Counted from the first letter of the stretch, positions 15,791 to 23,506 are shown. The stretch is DNA of 24,161 bases from an uncultured virus (IMG/VR IMGVR_UViG_3300030104_007230) (IMGVR_UViG_3300030104_007230:62001-86161); one strand, 5' to 3'. Numbers and translations are program-made. The notes: generated by a model from the letters alone, not told the origin.

Positions 15791-17641
15791 TTAATGCGTT
15801 TCCATCCAATTCTGTCCAATTCTAGCTTCACCTGTCAAGGGACATTTTAAATTAAAATACTGACCTGATTTTTTAAATGAATCAATTGCAAGTTCTTTAA
15901 ATATTTCTGTATATTCAGGTCTAACAAGAGCTTGTACCTCATCATGAACATGAGCAACAAGTCCCCAATCTTTTCCAAAAGATAAATTAATTCTTTCCAT
16001 AGAATCATAAAGAATTGTTGTGGATTTTTTAACAGCAATAGCACCAGTTGATTGTAATAATTGGTTTAAAGCAGAATGTTTAGATCTTATTTGTAAATGT
16101 CTACCATCAATTCCTTTAAGATAACTTCTATCTCTTAAAGCAATTTCAATATTATCTTTTAGTTGTTTAATAGCAGGTAAGTTTCTATAGAAAGTATTTA
16201 TAGTTTCCTTACCTCTACGATATTGTTGATCTTCAGTTCCTTTAGGTAAAATAATTGATCCTGTTTTTTTACCTCCGCCACCATAAAGAATGCAATAAAT
16301 TAGCCGCTTACTGAGATCTCTAGTTGCTTTTTCTATAGGTTTATCATGTTCTTGTATACCAAATAAACATGCATTATGAAAATGAATATCACGCTCAGGA
16401 TTACTAACTAGAGCAGCATACTCACCGTCGTCGTAATAAGCTAACCAGTGGCCAAGTGCCCTAAGTTCTAGCCCAGAAGCATCTGCACCTACTAACTTCC
16501 ACCCCTTTGGAGCATAGAAGAGAGCACGGCACTCAGCACCATAAGGATGACCAACACTTGGAATTTGCCCAGTATTGGGACGTTTGTGTGCGCAGCGTCC
16601 CGAAATTGCCGCGTTGGTAACAACTTCACCATGTATCTTGCCATCGTGGTATCGATCACAGTGTTTAAGCCACGCTTCTTTGCCTTCCGCAATTTGACCT
16701 ATCCTTTTATTAAGAAGTTGATATTCAGCTAATAGTTTAGCTTCAGGATATTTAGTACCTAATTTATTTAAAACATCATCATCTACTTTTGGTGAGCCTT
16801 TTTCTGTCTTTTCAAAAGTAATTTCAGGATATTTTTCTTTAAGTCTTTCAGAAGTTTGTTGCCTTGAAGCTGGATTAAAATTGGTAACTTTTGTTTTTAA
16901 TTGTTTACCAGTTTTTTCTGACCATCTTTCTAATGAGATAGGAGGAAAAGTTTTTTGAAGTGATTCTTCTAACTCAGCACGTTTAGCTTTTAAATCATTA
17001 ACTAAAGCATAAGCAGCTTTTGAATTAAAAGGAAAACCAAATCTCTCTTGTAGAGAAATAACATGGGCAAATTCATGTTCTAAAAGTAAAGAACGTTTGT
17101 CCATTTTTTGAGTAAGAAAATATTCATATAATTTATGGGTAACAATTGTATCTTGTTCACAATATTCCTGCATACTTATAGTCCATTTTTCCCATACATC
17201 TTCTACATCAGTTTCTTTTTTTGTTTCTTCAGTGAAAGCTATTTTTTTAGTATTAAGCCTTTCACCCCAAGCGGCTAAAGAATGTCTACCTTTATATTTA
17301 GGTTCTATATGTGCCCATCTAGAATAATCAAACGGATCTAGTTCAGGTGCCCAGAGACGACTAGCAACTAATGTATCAAAGACTTTGCAGCTTCTTTTTA
17401 ATTTAAAAATTTTAGGACATATCTTTTCTAAGACAGGAATATCATACTTTATTACATTATGTCCAATTAATAAGTCTGCTGAATTAAGAATTTCAATTCC
17501 TTTAAGAATAGAAAGATATCCTTTTTGATCTGCGCAACTTATTATTTCATTATTTTCAATATTTCTTAAAACTAAAGAATGAATAGTTGTAACAGTATCT
17601 AATAGTCCGTTTGTTTCTAAGTCAAAAATGAATGCTTTCAT
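15791..17641 (-). CDS. polA: DNA polymerase family A (T7-type; 3'-5' exonuclease plus polymerase, no 5' nuclease)
   Basis: Exo I FDLETNG, Exo II GHNVIKYD, HSLAAWG, Exo III YCEQD; motif A ADASGLELR; motif B RDLSKRLIYCILYG (Tyr at the 762-equivalent); motif C VHDEVQ. Confidence 0.96.
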   Translation of the reverse strand: MKAFIFDLETNGLLDTVTTIHSLVLRNIENNEIISCADQKGYLSILKGIEILNSADLLIGHNVIKYDIPVLEKICPKIFKLKRSCKVFDTLVASRLWAPELDPFDYSRWAHIEPKYKGRHSLAAWGERLNTKKIAFTEETKKETDVEDVWEKWTISMQEYCEQDTIVTHKLYEYFLTQKMDKRSLLLEHEFAHVISLQERFGFPFNSKAAYALVNDLKAKRAELEESLQKTFPPISLERWSEKTGKQLKTKVTNFNPASRQQTSERLKEKYPEITFEKTEKGSPKVDDDVLNKLGTKYPEAKLLAEYQLLNKRIGQIAEGKEAWLKHCDRYHDGKIHGEVVTNAAISGRCAHKRPNTGQIPSVGHPYGAECRALFYAPKGWKLVGADASGLELRALGHWLAYYDDGEYAALVSNPERDIHFHNACLFGIQEHDKPIEKATRDLSKRLIYCILYGGGGKKTGSIILPKGTEDQQYRRGKETINTFYRNLPAIKQLKDNIEIALRDRSYLKGIDGRHLQIRSKHSALNQLLQSTGAIAVKKSTTILYDSMERINLSFGKDWGLVAHVHDEVQALVRPEYTEIFKELAIDSFKKSGQYFNLKCPLTGEARIGQNWMETH

Positions 17642-17895
17642 TAGAAAACCTTGTTATACAACTGAGCAATGTTAATAATTTTTGTTTCTGGAAAATTAGG
17701 ATCGAATTTTATAATTCTTTTTTGAATAGCTTTTGCTCCTGTAATAGTGTTAAAACAAATAGCTTTATTTAATATCGTTACATTCAATGCAGGAAGTAAA
17801 TTAAATTTTTTATTTTTTTTATCAATTGAAACAATAGATGTTAAATCTAAACTTACAAGAACATATCCTCTTTGCATTGGTCTACTCCATGTCAC
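17641..17895 (-). CDS. Hypothetical protein
   Basis: 84 aa; TAATG overlap with the polA start. Confidence 0.65.
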   Translation of the reverse strand: MTWSRPMQRGYVLVSLDLTSIVSIDKKNKKFNLLPALNVTILNKAICFNTITGAKAIQKRIIKFDPNFPETKIINIAQLYNKVF

Positions 17896-18163
17896 CTTTA
17901 TTAGGTAGTTTCTGCATAATATAAATATCTAAGGCAATATGTAATAAAGAAGGAGCCATTGAAAGAGCTTTCTGAGGTAAGCCTCCAAAAAAACTTTCTA
18001 ATTTATCATTCAAATCACTTCTTTCTAATTCACGGTATTCAACCGCAAACATCTGTGCTAAACCTAATAGAAAGTCTTCTAAATCTTCATCTTGATTTTT
18101 AAGACGTTCAACCAGTTCCCATAATTCAGGGTCTGCTTGAATCATCTGAATTAATTCATTCAT
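17882..18163 (-). CDS. Hypothetical acidic helical protein
   Basis: 93 aa; overlaps the downstream gene in operon fashion. Confidence 0.7.
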   Translation of the reverse strand: MNELIQMIQADPELWELVERLKNQDEDLEDFLLGLAQMFAVEYRELERSDLNDKLESFFGGLPQKALSMAPSLLHIALDIYIMQKLPNKGDME

Positions 18164-18164
18164 A

Positions 18165-18713
18165 ATGAGACAACGAATACGCCGTCAGCTTATCAGTACT
18201 AAATTTAAACTCAATAAAAAGTTATGCAAACTCTTTATTGATCCTTGGTATACCTATGAAAAAGATTTCTGGGTATGGAATGTAGGTTTTGCAATAGGAA
18301 GATCAAATCGTCAGCTTAATGATTGGTATAACCAAAGAAAAAATAAAAGAGCAAATGCTCTTAGAAAAAAGATGAGTGGTCCAGGAGATTACAGATCTTT
18401 TTATCAAGCATGGAGAAGAATTTTAAAATTAAGATGGCAATTGCCTCCTGGAGATAGTCTTATGATTGATTGCACGGGAGCGTATCCAGAACAACAATAT
18501 AAAGTTTATAAATTTTTAACAGATTCTAAACACAGGCAACACCCTGATTGGTCTTGGAGAGAAGAGTTAAAACAAATTTATTGGACAAGACCTCCTTCTA
18601 GAATCCATCCTGCATGGAAAAAAGGGATAATCATTCCAAAACTTCCAAAAGATCTTTATGGATCAGTAACATCTAAAAATTATTCAGACTCTTTCTATGT
18701 TTCCTTAAAATAA
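18165..18713 (+). CDS. Hypothetical basic, Trp-rich protein
   Basis: 182-aa ORF, too long to be chance in this AT-rich sequence; no competing minus-strand ORF. Confidence 0.75.
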   Translation: MRQRIRRQLISTKFKLNKKLCKLFIDPWYTYEKDFWVWNVGFAIGRSNRQLNDWYNQRKNKRANALRKKMSGPGDYRSFYQAWRRILKLRWQLPPGDSLMIDCTGAYPEQQYKVYKFLTDSKHRQHPDWSWREELKQIYWTRPPSRIHPAWKKGIIIPKLPKDLYGSVTSKNYSDSFYVSLK

Positions 18714-18860
18714 TTAATTTTCTTGAGACCAGATAGAAGCTGCTATAAAAACTAAATTAATAATAGCTAAAATTCCTGCAGGTAAAGAAGGAAAGATCAA
18801 AAAAGAAATGGTAAATGTTATCCAAACAATGAAAATTGTTAAGCTATTTTTTGTTGACAT
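18714..18860 (-). CDS. 48-aa two-TM hydrophobic protein (start revised to MSTKNS)
   Basis: MSTKNSLTIFIVWITFTISFLIFPSLPAGILAIINLVFIAASIWSQEN. The track's longer N-terminus runs through the structured-RNA candidate. Confidence 0.55.
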   Translation of the reverse strand: MSTKNSLTIFIVWITFTISFLIFPSLPAGILAIINLVFIAASIWSQEN

Positions 18861-18874
18861 AGTTAAAATAAATG

Positions 18875-18996
18875 AGGGAAGGCGAAGAAGAACAGCGTCA
18901 ACCTTTCCTAAAGAGGGAGCCATTGTTTTTGTTGTTTCCGGTGGCTGGTAAGGAAGCCCCTATTCAGTAAAGAAATTTTGAGTAGGGGACCCCTCT
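18875..18996 (+). ncRNA. Candidate novel structured ncRNA: 5' hairpin plus three-way junction
   Basis: P1 AGGGAAGG/CCTTTCCT; P2 AGAGGG/CCCTCT; P3 AGCCATTG/CGGTGGCT; P4 CCCCTATTCAG/TTGAGTAGGGG. Five G-U pairs, all valid only on the plus strand. TAAAAT at 18864-18869 lies just upstream. Confidence 0.6.
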
Positions 18997-19109
18997 AGTA
19001 TTTTTAATATATTTTTATAATCATTTTTTTCTTGTTCAGAAAATTCATATTGCATTTCATCTAAACAAAAACGAATTAATGAAACTTCTTGAGGTTTAAA
19101 TTCTTTCAT
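18960..19109 (-). CDS. 49-aa hypothetical protein, not in ORF track (MKEFKPQEVSLIRFCLDEMQYEFSEQEKNDYKNILKILEGSPTQNFFTE)
   Basis: Translated by hand. Its 3' end overlaps the ncRNA candidate antisense by 37 nt. Confidence 0.5.
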   Translation of the reverse strand: MKEFKPQEVSLIRFCLDEMQYEFSEQEKNDYKNILKILEGSPTQNFFTE

Positions 19110-19165
19110 AATAATGGTATTCTTCAATACATGTAGAATTAATTTTAATTTAGAGTTTGCTTTGC

Positions 19166-19363
19166 ATGACTTGTAAAAAACATCAAATCAAATCAAGTAG
19201 ATATTACCTGTTCTGGGGGATTATGGCTGCCAGTGTTGTGGCAGGACAAATCTATGTTGGCACAGGCTATCGTGAAATGAATAAAACTCTTAAAGAATTT
19301 ATTAATTATTCTTTTTTAAAAGATAAACATCAACCGTTTTTGTTATTAACTCATAAGCCTTAA
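19166..19363 (+). CDS. Small single-TM protein of a Prochlorococcus-type family
   Basis: KSSRYYLFWGIMAASVVAGQIYVGTGYREM resembles small Prochlorococcus/phage membrane proteins. TAGAAT box upstream; overlaps the convergent ArdC-like gene by 62 nt. Confidence 0.7.
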   Translation: MTCKKHQIKSSRYYLFWGIMAASVVAGQIYVGTGYREMNKTLKEFINYSFLKDKHQPFLLLTHKP

Positions 19364-20213
19364 AGATACGATCACCTGACTTAGTAATTTCTTCTACGAT
19401 GTCATCTGTAGCTGTGTTGTGATGAACGATATATTGAAAAGTACGCTCACCCAGATCAATATTGTAATGAGAGCATACCAAGTAAGCAACTGATTCTGCT
19501 TCAAGCTCTTTAATAGATCCTGGAGTTTGTCTCCTATATTCGTCACTATTGTGCAAAATAGCGTGGCCAAGTTCATGAGACATAACACTGACCTGGGTAG
19601 CAACATTAAGTCCTTCAACCAGTCTGATTTCTTTTGCTTCTTCACCTGTAAAACAACAACAACCTAAAGCTCCTTCCATTTGTCCTTTATAAACTTCTGT
19701 TTGAACTTCAATTTTACGATTGATAGCTACTTGGCATAAGCCTTTAAAAAGATCAGGAGAAGCAATATCTTCTAATTCGTCCATCATATTCGATGTATCA
19801 GGCTTAGGAATAGGTTCACCTTCAGTCTGGTGGTGATCAAAGACATGAGCTGTCTTAAATCGATAAGGTCTTTTAATAGGTTTACCTTCATCATTTAATA
19901 AAGCATTACCATTGTCATCAGTAACAGTTGTCATAACAGGAGCAAGAATATGAATACTTTTTTCGCCTTTTTTAACTGTACGTTTAAATTCGTTTTTCCA
20001 TTTATGGAAACCAGCAACTAAAGGACTAAAGCCATAGCCACGTTTTTCTTGTTGCAATGCAATTAAAAAACGATTATTGAAACTGTAATGATGAATTTTT
20101 CTCATTACATTGAGAAAGCCTGCCCAATCCTTATCATCAAGAATTTTTTGAACACCATCCTTTAGAGATCCCAGAAGTTCTTCTGGAATCTTTGATTTTG
20201 TTTTAGTAGACAT
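19302..20213 (-). CDS. ArdC-like protein: N-terminal ssDNA-binding domain plus HExxH metallopeptidase-like (IrrE/MPTase) domain
   Basis: HHYSFNNRFLIALQ..VAGFHKWK...RTVKKGEKSIHILAP..VFD..QTEG (ArdC-N); HELGHAILH..ELEAESVAYLVC. Confidence 0.85.
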   Translation of the reverse strand: MSTKTKSKIPEELLGSLKDGVQKILDDKDWAGFLNVMRKIHHYSFNNRFLIALQQEKRGYGFSPLVAGFHKWKNEFKRTVKKGEKSIHILAPVMTTVTDDNGNALLNDEGKPIKRPYRFKTAHVFDHHQTEGEPIPKPDTSNMMDELEDIASPDLFKGLCQVAINRKIEVQTEVYKGQMEGALGCCCFTGEEAKEIRLVEGLNVATQVSVMSHELGHAILHNSDEYRRQTPGSIKELEAESVAYLVCSHYNIDLGERTFQYIVHHNTATDDIVEEITKSGDRIFKAYELITKTVDVYLLKKNN

Positions 20214-20408
20214 TTAATTTCCCCTTCTTGGTTGAACACTATCAATTTCGATTAGATAATCGTCATGATAGATAGCTTCTTCTGGATTAATTAACCATTT
20301 AAAGAAAGGTTGTTCTTCTGCAATTTTTTGAGCTTGATCTACATCTTTTGCATCTATATCAATTAGATAAGGAATAGTAATTTTTGCATAAGCTGTGTAT
20401 TTAGGCAT
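20214..20408 (-). CDS. Hypothetical small protein (start revised to MPKYTAY)
   Basis: beta-beta-alpha pattern (IDIDAKDVDQAQKIA) common in phage early genes; the longer track ORF overlaps 20401..20676. Confidence 0.65.
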   Translation of the reverse strand: MPKYTAYAKITIPYLIDIDAKDVDQAQKIAEEQPFFKWLINPEEAIYHDDYLIEIDSVQPRRGN

Positions 20409-20676
20409 TAGTTTGCTCTCCTTTAATAGAATTACTTTTTTGAACTTCAGAAATAAGATAAAGAATAAAAGAATTTTGATCCCAAAAACCTTCCATAAAG
20501 GCTTTGAGTACTTTTTCAATTTCTTCTTCAGTAACTTTTAGATTGAAATGTTCAATTTCATCTCTAATTTCTTTTTTTACATCAATAAATCTGCTATTAA
20601 AATCAAATGGACAAGCTTCTTTCCATTCATTTATGAATTTAAATTTTGGGTTTTTTGATTTTTGGATAGAGGTCAT
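20401..20676 (-). CDS. Hypothetical protein
   Basis: 91 aa in a tightly packed minus-strand array. Confidence 0.65.
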   Translation of the reverse strand: MTSIQKSKNPKFKFINEWKEACPFDFNSRFIDVKKEIRDEIEHFNLKVTEEEIEKVLKAFMEGFWDQNSFILYLISEVQKSNSIKGEQTNA

Positions 20677-20854
20677 GATCTTGTTGGTTTAAAAGACGAG
20701 TTAAGGCAAAGAGATCCAAATGACTATCAATTTCAATAAAAGCATTTTTAGCATTATCAAATCTAGTTAAATGATAACTACCATCTTTATCTATCATCAA
20801 ATTATAAAGTTTGAGGATATGTAAAGGATCTCTTTTTTTAATTAATTTAGTCAT
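20639..20854 (-). CDS. Hypothetical protein (start revised to MTKLIKK)
   Basis: The upstream extension overlaps the duplicated gene in another frame. Confidence 0.55.
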   Translation of the reverse strand: MTKLIKKRDPLHILKLYNLMIDKDGSYHLTRFDNAKNAFIEIDSHLDLFALTRLLNQQDHDLYPKIKKPKI

Positions 20855-21080
20855 AATTCCTATCAGCTTGAGCTTCTTCCATTTTCGCATCCAAAAGTTG
20901 TTGATCTTTGTCAGAGATATCCGCCTTATGCAATGCATAGAGAAGTCTAGACTGAAGCTCATAACATTCAGCCCTCCAAATAAGACTGCCATTACGATTA
21001 GCTTGTTTAATTTGTTTTTCAGCTAATTCGCTAAGTCTATAAAGTTCTGGAAAAGACATTTCAACATTAACTTTTTTCAT
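20847..21080 (-). CDS. Hypothetical protein, paralog A of a duplicated pair
   Basis: Near-identical to 22622..22873 (EKQIKQANRNGSLIWRAECYELQSRLLYALHKA is shared). Confidence 0.85.
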   Translation of the reverse strand: MKKVNVEMSFPELYRLSELAEKQIKQANRNGSLIWRAECYELQSRLLYALHKADISDKDQQLLDAKMEEAQADRNYD

Positions 21081-21333
21081 TATTTAACTCCTCAGTTGTG
21101 TACTCAGTAGCATCTTTAAAATTTTCTTTTATGTCATCTTTTCTATATTCATATATATCATCAAATTCCCAATCAGAAGAATATTTATCTTCAGTAAACA
21201 TTCCACCATCAAACATACTGTGATCAGTTTCTTGTAGTTTCCAAATATCATTTGTAGTAAATGAATCAGGAACTTTTATATAATGGCTATACCTCGTGAC
21301 TGAGGTAGCAGTTAATCGAAAATACTTAGTCAT
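21067..21333 (-). CDS. Hypothetical acidic protein
   Basis: 88 aa; overlapping start/stop junctions on both sides. Confidence 0.7.
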   Translation of the reverse strand: MTKYFRLTATSVTRYSHYIKVPDSFTTNDIWKLQETDHSMFDGGMFTEDKYSSDWEFDDIYEYRKDDIKENFKDATEYTTEELNNEKS

Positions 21334-21596
21334 TCGTTTTCACCTTCATGATAGTTCTTTGGGTAGTTATCAGATAGTTCTTTAGTTTCTTCAATAAAAG
21401 TACGATGAACACGTGGACCAAAACTTCTTAGAGTTTCTTCTTTAAAATAGATAATGCGGTTATAAGTCCTATCATTATCTTTTTCTTTATTAAGAAGATC
21501 ATCAAAAAGTTTTTTCGCTTCTTCTTCAGAATCACATACAATTTGACCTCTACGTGATTCCTGTACAAGAATGATCCATTTCTTAATTGCTTTCAT
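21330..21596 (-). CDS. Hypothetical protein
   Basis: 88 aa; ATGA overlap with the downstream gene. Confidence 0.7.
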   Translation of the reverse strand: MKAIKKWIILVQESRRGQIVCDSEEEAKKLFDDLLNKEKDNDRTYNRIIYFKEETLRSFGPRVHRTFIEETKELSDNYPKNYHEGENE

Positions 21597-21741
21597 GGTT
21601 TTCAGGCGAAGGATACGTCATTAATTTTTGGTGAATGACATTTTGTTTATGCCATTCATTTTTTTCTTTCCAATTGGGATCTAAAGCCATAATGAAATCT
21701 TCAAACATTTGATCATCCATTGGCTTACCATTTAGTTGCAT
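21583..21741 (-). CDS. 52-aa hypothetical protein, not in ORF track
   Basis: MQLNGKPMDDQMFEDFIMALDPNWKEKNEWHK...; TAATG overlap with the upstream gene; fills the gap exactly. Confidence 0.6.
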   Translation of the reverse strand: MQLNGKPMDDQMFEDFIMALDPNWKEKNEWHKQNVIHQKLMTYPSPENHESN

Positions 21742-22217
21742 TAGAGATAACCTGCAATTTGTGCACCTGGTTCATCAAAAAACCAAGTAACTTCTAAGTT
21801 TTCAAAATTTTCTCTTAAGGCATGACAGATTCCTTCTGCTGGACACCAAGCAGTTGCAAAAATAATACAAATTTCCTCATCTTCATCGTCAAGCCAATCA
21901 ATTTCATTTTTTTTAATTTCCCATTTACAACCCCAATGTGTAGTTCTCCACGGATGCCAACGACTATCAGCACGTTTAGATGAAGGCCATTCTAAGTTGA
22001 AGAAGTTATCCTCACTTACAACAGGTAATTCACCTTTTTTTGCTAAAGAATTTCCAGCAGAATCTTGTAAATCTTCTGGTGCTGGAATTTTACTCCAATC
22101 AGGTTCAGGAATAATTTGATGAAAAGGACGATCATTTGAAAAGATTGTTTTAATCTTTTGAAGTTCTTTAGAAACAGGAGTATAAAAAGTAACTCTGTTT
22201 TCACACCAACTAGGCAT
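21741..22217 (-). CDS. YubB/DUF1281-like ferredoxin-fold protein (start revised to MPSWCENR)
   Basis: MP.WCEN, WR..HWG.KW, F.TAW.P and F.EPG..AG family motifs. Confidence 0.85.
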   Translation of the reverse strand: MPSWCENRVTFYTPVSKELQKIKTIFSNDRPFHQIIPEPDWSKIPAPEDLQDSAGNSLAKKGELPVVSEDNFFNLEWPSSKRADSRWHPWRTTHWGCKWEIKKNEIDWLDDEDEEICIIFATAWCPAEGICHALRENFENLEVTWFFDEPGAQIAGYL

Positions 22218-22369
22218 TAGGTTTCTTCCCAATTAAGACTTTCTAGTTTAGAAAAAATTGAATCAACTTCTTCTTCACTTTCTTTGCTAAGTTTTTCACC
22301 TTGAATACCTCCTTCTACGTAATAAAGGATGGTAGAAATTTCATTGTGAGTTAGATCAATTAAGGGCAT
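22217..22369 (-). CDS. 50-aa acidic hypothetical protein, not in ORF track
   Basis: MPLIDLTHNEISTILYYVEGGIQGEKLSKESEEEVDSIFSKLESLNWEET; TAATG overlaps at both ends. Confidence 0.65.
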   Translation of the reverse strand: MPLIDLTHNEISTILYYVEGGIQGEKLSKESEEEVDSIFSKLESLNWEET

Positions 22370-22635
22370 TAAGATTCCTCCAATAAAGATTCAAAGCCAT
22401 AAATTCTACAGACGTTTTCTATTTGACCTAGATCACATGGTAGAGGTCCTAAAGAAGCTTTAACTCTAAATAAGGCATCTTTAAGGATGTCAGCTAAATC
22501 TTCTTCTGCATGCATCTTGTCGAGATAATCAGAAGATTCATCAGCACAAGGACCACACATGAAACCAGAGTATTCATCTGTTTCAGCAGGTATTCGATTA
22601 ACGNNNNNNNNNNNNNNTGGGTTATGAGTTGACAT
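22369..22635 (-). CDS. Hypothetical protein with VNRIPA..CxxC motif, interrupted by an N-gap
   Basis: VNRIPAETDEYSGFMCGPC. A partner CxxC may be hidden in gap 22604-22617, whose real length is unknown. Confidence 0.6.
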   Translation of the reverse strand: MSTHNPXXXXXVNRIPAETDEYSGFMCGPCADESSDYLDKMHAEEDLADILKDALFRVKASLGPLPCDLGQIENVCRIYGFESLLEES

Positions 22636-22873
22636 GAGTTTCCTCCAGATCTCTATCAGATTCAGCTTTTTCTATTTGTGCATCTAAAAGACGTTCCTCT
22701 TTATCAGAGAGTTCAGCTTTATGTAATGCATAAAGAAGTCTAGACTGAAGCTCATAACATTCAGCCCTCCAAATCAAACTGCCATTACGATTAGCTTGTT
22801 TAATTTGTTTTTCAACTAATTGACTAATCTTATAAATCTCTGGAAAAGACATTTCGACATTAACTTTTTTCAT
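22622..22873 (-). CDS. Hypothetical protein, paralog B of a duplicated pair
   Basis: Near-identical to 20847..21080. Confidence 0.85.
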   Translation of the reverse strand: MKKVNVEMSFPEIYKISQLVEKQIKQANRNGSLIWRAECYELQSRLLYALHKAELSDKEERLLDAQIEKAESDRDLEETHVNS

Positions 22874-23086
22874 TTGATTTCTCTCTCAGGTAGTGGTTCT
22901 TTTAAGGCATAAAGATGTAATTCAGTAGATTTACCATGATCTACTTCAACAGGTATTAAAGTCATTCCTTTAATTGCTGCTTTTACTTTTCTTTTAACCA
23001 TTTCATCAAACCATTCACTATCCATAGTGATGGCTATTTGATCGTTGACTCGATCAATAATGTAAGAATTTAACTCATCAAGATTT
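22870..23086 (-). CDS. Hypothetical protein whose 5' end is lost in the N-gap
   Basis: Open frame NLDELNSYIIDRVNDQIAITMDSEWFDEMVK...REIK*, with ATGA overlap to paralog B. Confidence 0.55.
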
Positions 23087-23096
23087 NNNNNNNNNN

Positions 23097-23300
23097 CTCA
23101 AACTTTTTAGCTTGAGCTACTAGAACTTGAGCAAGACCAAGCATGACTCGTTTTACTTTGTCTTTGTTCCATTCATAGTTATGTTTATTGGAACAGTTAC
23201 CAAGTATTCGGAGTTGATCTTTAATCTTTAATGCACGAGGAGGGAACATTCTTGCGAAACGATTTTCCTTTTCTCGTTTTTTAGTTAGATCTCCAATCAT
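23097..23300 (-). CDS. Conserved phage hypothetical protein (3' end in the N-gap)
   Basis: K.NRF.R....R..KI...LRILGNCSNK.NYEW..D.V pattern, widespread in phages. Confidence 0.7.
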
Positions 23301-23506
23301 GTAGTCTTATCCTCCTTTGGATAATGCCAAGAAGCTATGGTATCTAAAACATCCCAATTAACACCAATACTTGCATCATGTTTATGTCCACAGGCATAAG
23401 ATAAGACATCACTTGCTTGTTCTTTTGTTAAGTCAGGTCTAATACTTAAGACATCATCAATATGCCAAGTAATAGTGTATTCTTCTTGAATTGAATCATC
23501 GTTCAT
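23297..23506 (-). CDS. Conserved phage hypothetical protein
   Basis: ITWHIDDV...RPDLT.EQA..VL......HDA.IG.NWD pattern seen in phage early regions. Confidence 0.75.
   Translation of the reverse strand: MNDDSIQEEYTITWHIDDVLSIRPDLTKEQASDVLSYACGHKHDASIGVNWDVLDTIASWHYPKEDKTT

Noticed and set aside
12247..16732. Nested ORFs 12247..12468, 13374..13577, 13831..14043, 15177..15413, 15847..16044, 16492..16692 and 16547..16732
   Set aside because: Contained within longer genes with clear motifs; no independent signals.
18940..18960. SRP RNA or hammerhead ribozyme identity for the structured RNA (GGTAAGGAAGC resembles SRP GGAAGGAAGCAGC)
   Set aside because: The SRP domain IV symmetric loop (CAGG...AGCAG) is absent, and no hammerhead CUGANGA core is present.
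19394..21026. ORFs 19394..19645, 20504..20692 and 20811..21026
   Set aside because: Frame or antisense shadows of the ArdC-like gene and the coupled minus-strand array.
20941..22814. Diversity-generating retroelement TR/VR pair
   Set aside because: Differences between the copies are not adenine-specific, both copies are intact genes, and no reverse transcriptase is present in the window.
22604..23096. Apparent frameshifts/pseudogenes around 22604-22617 and 23087-23096
   Set aside because: These are N-filled assembly gaps of uncertain length; the track ORF end at 23070 is probably an artefact.
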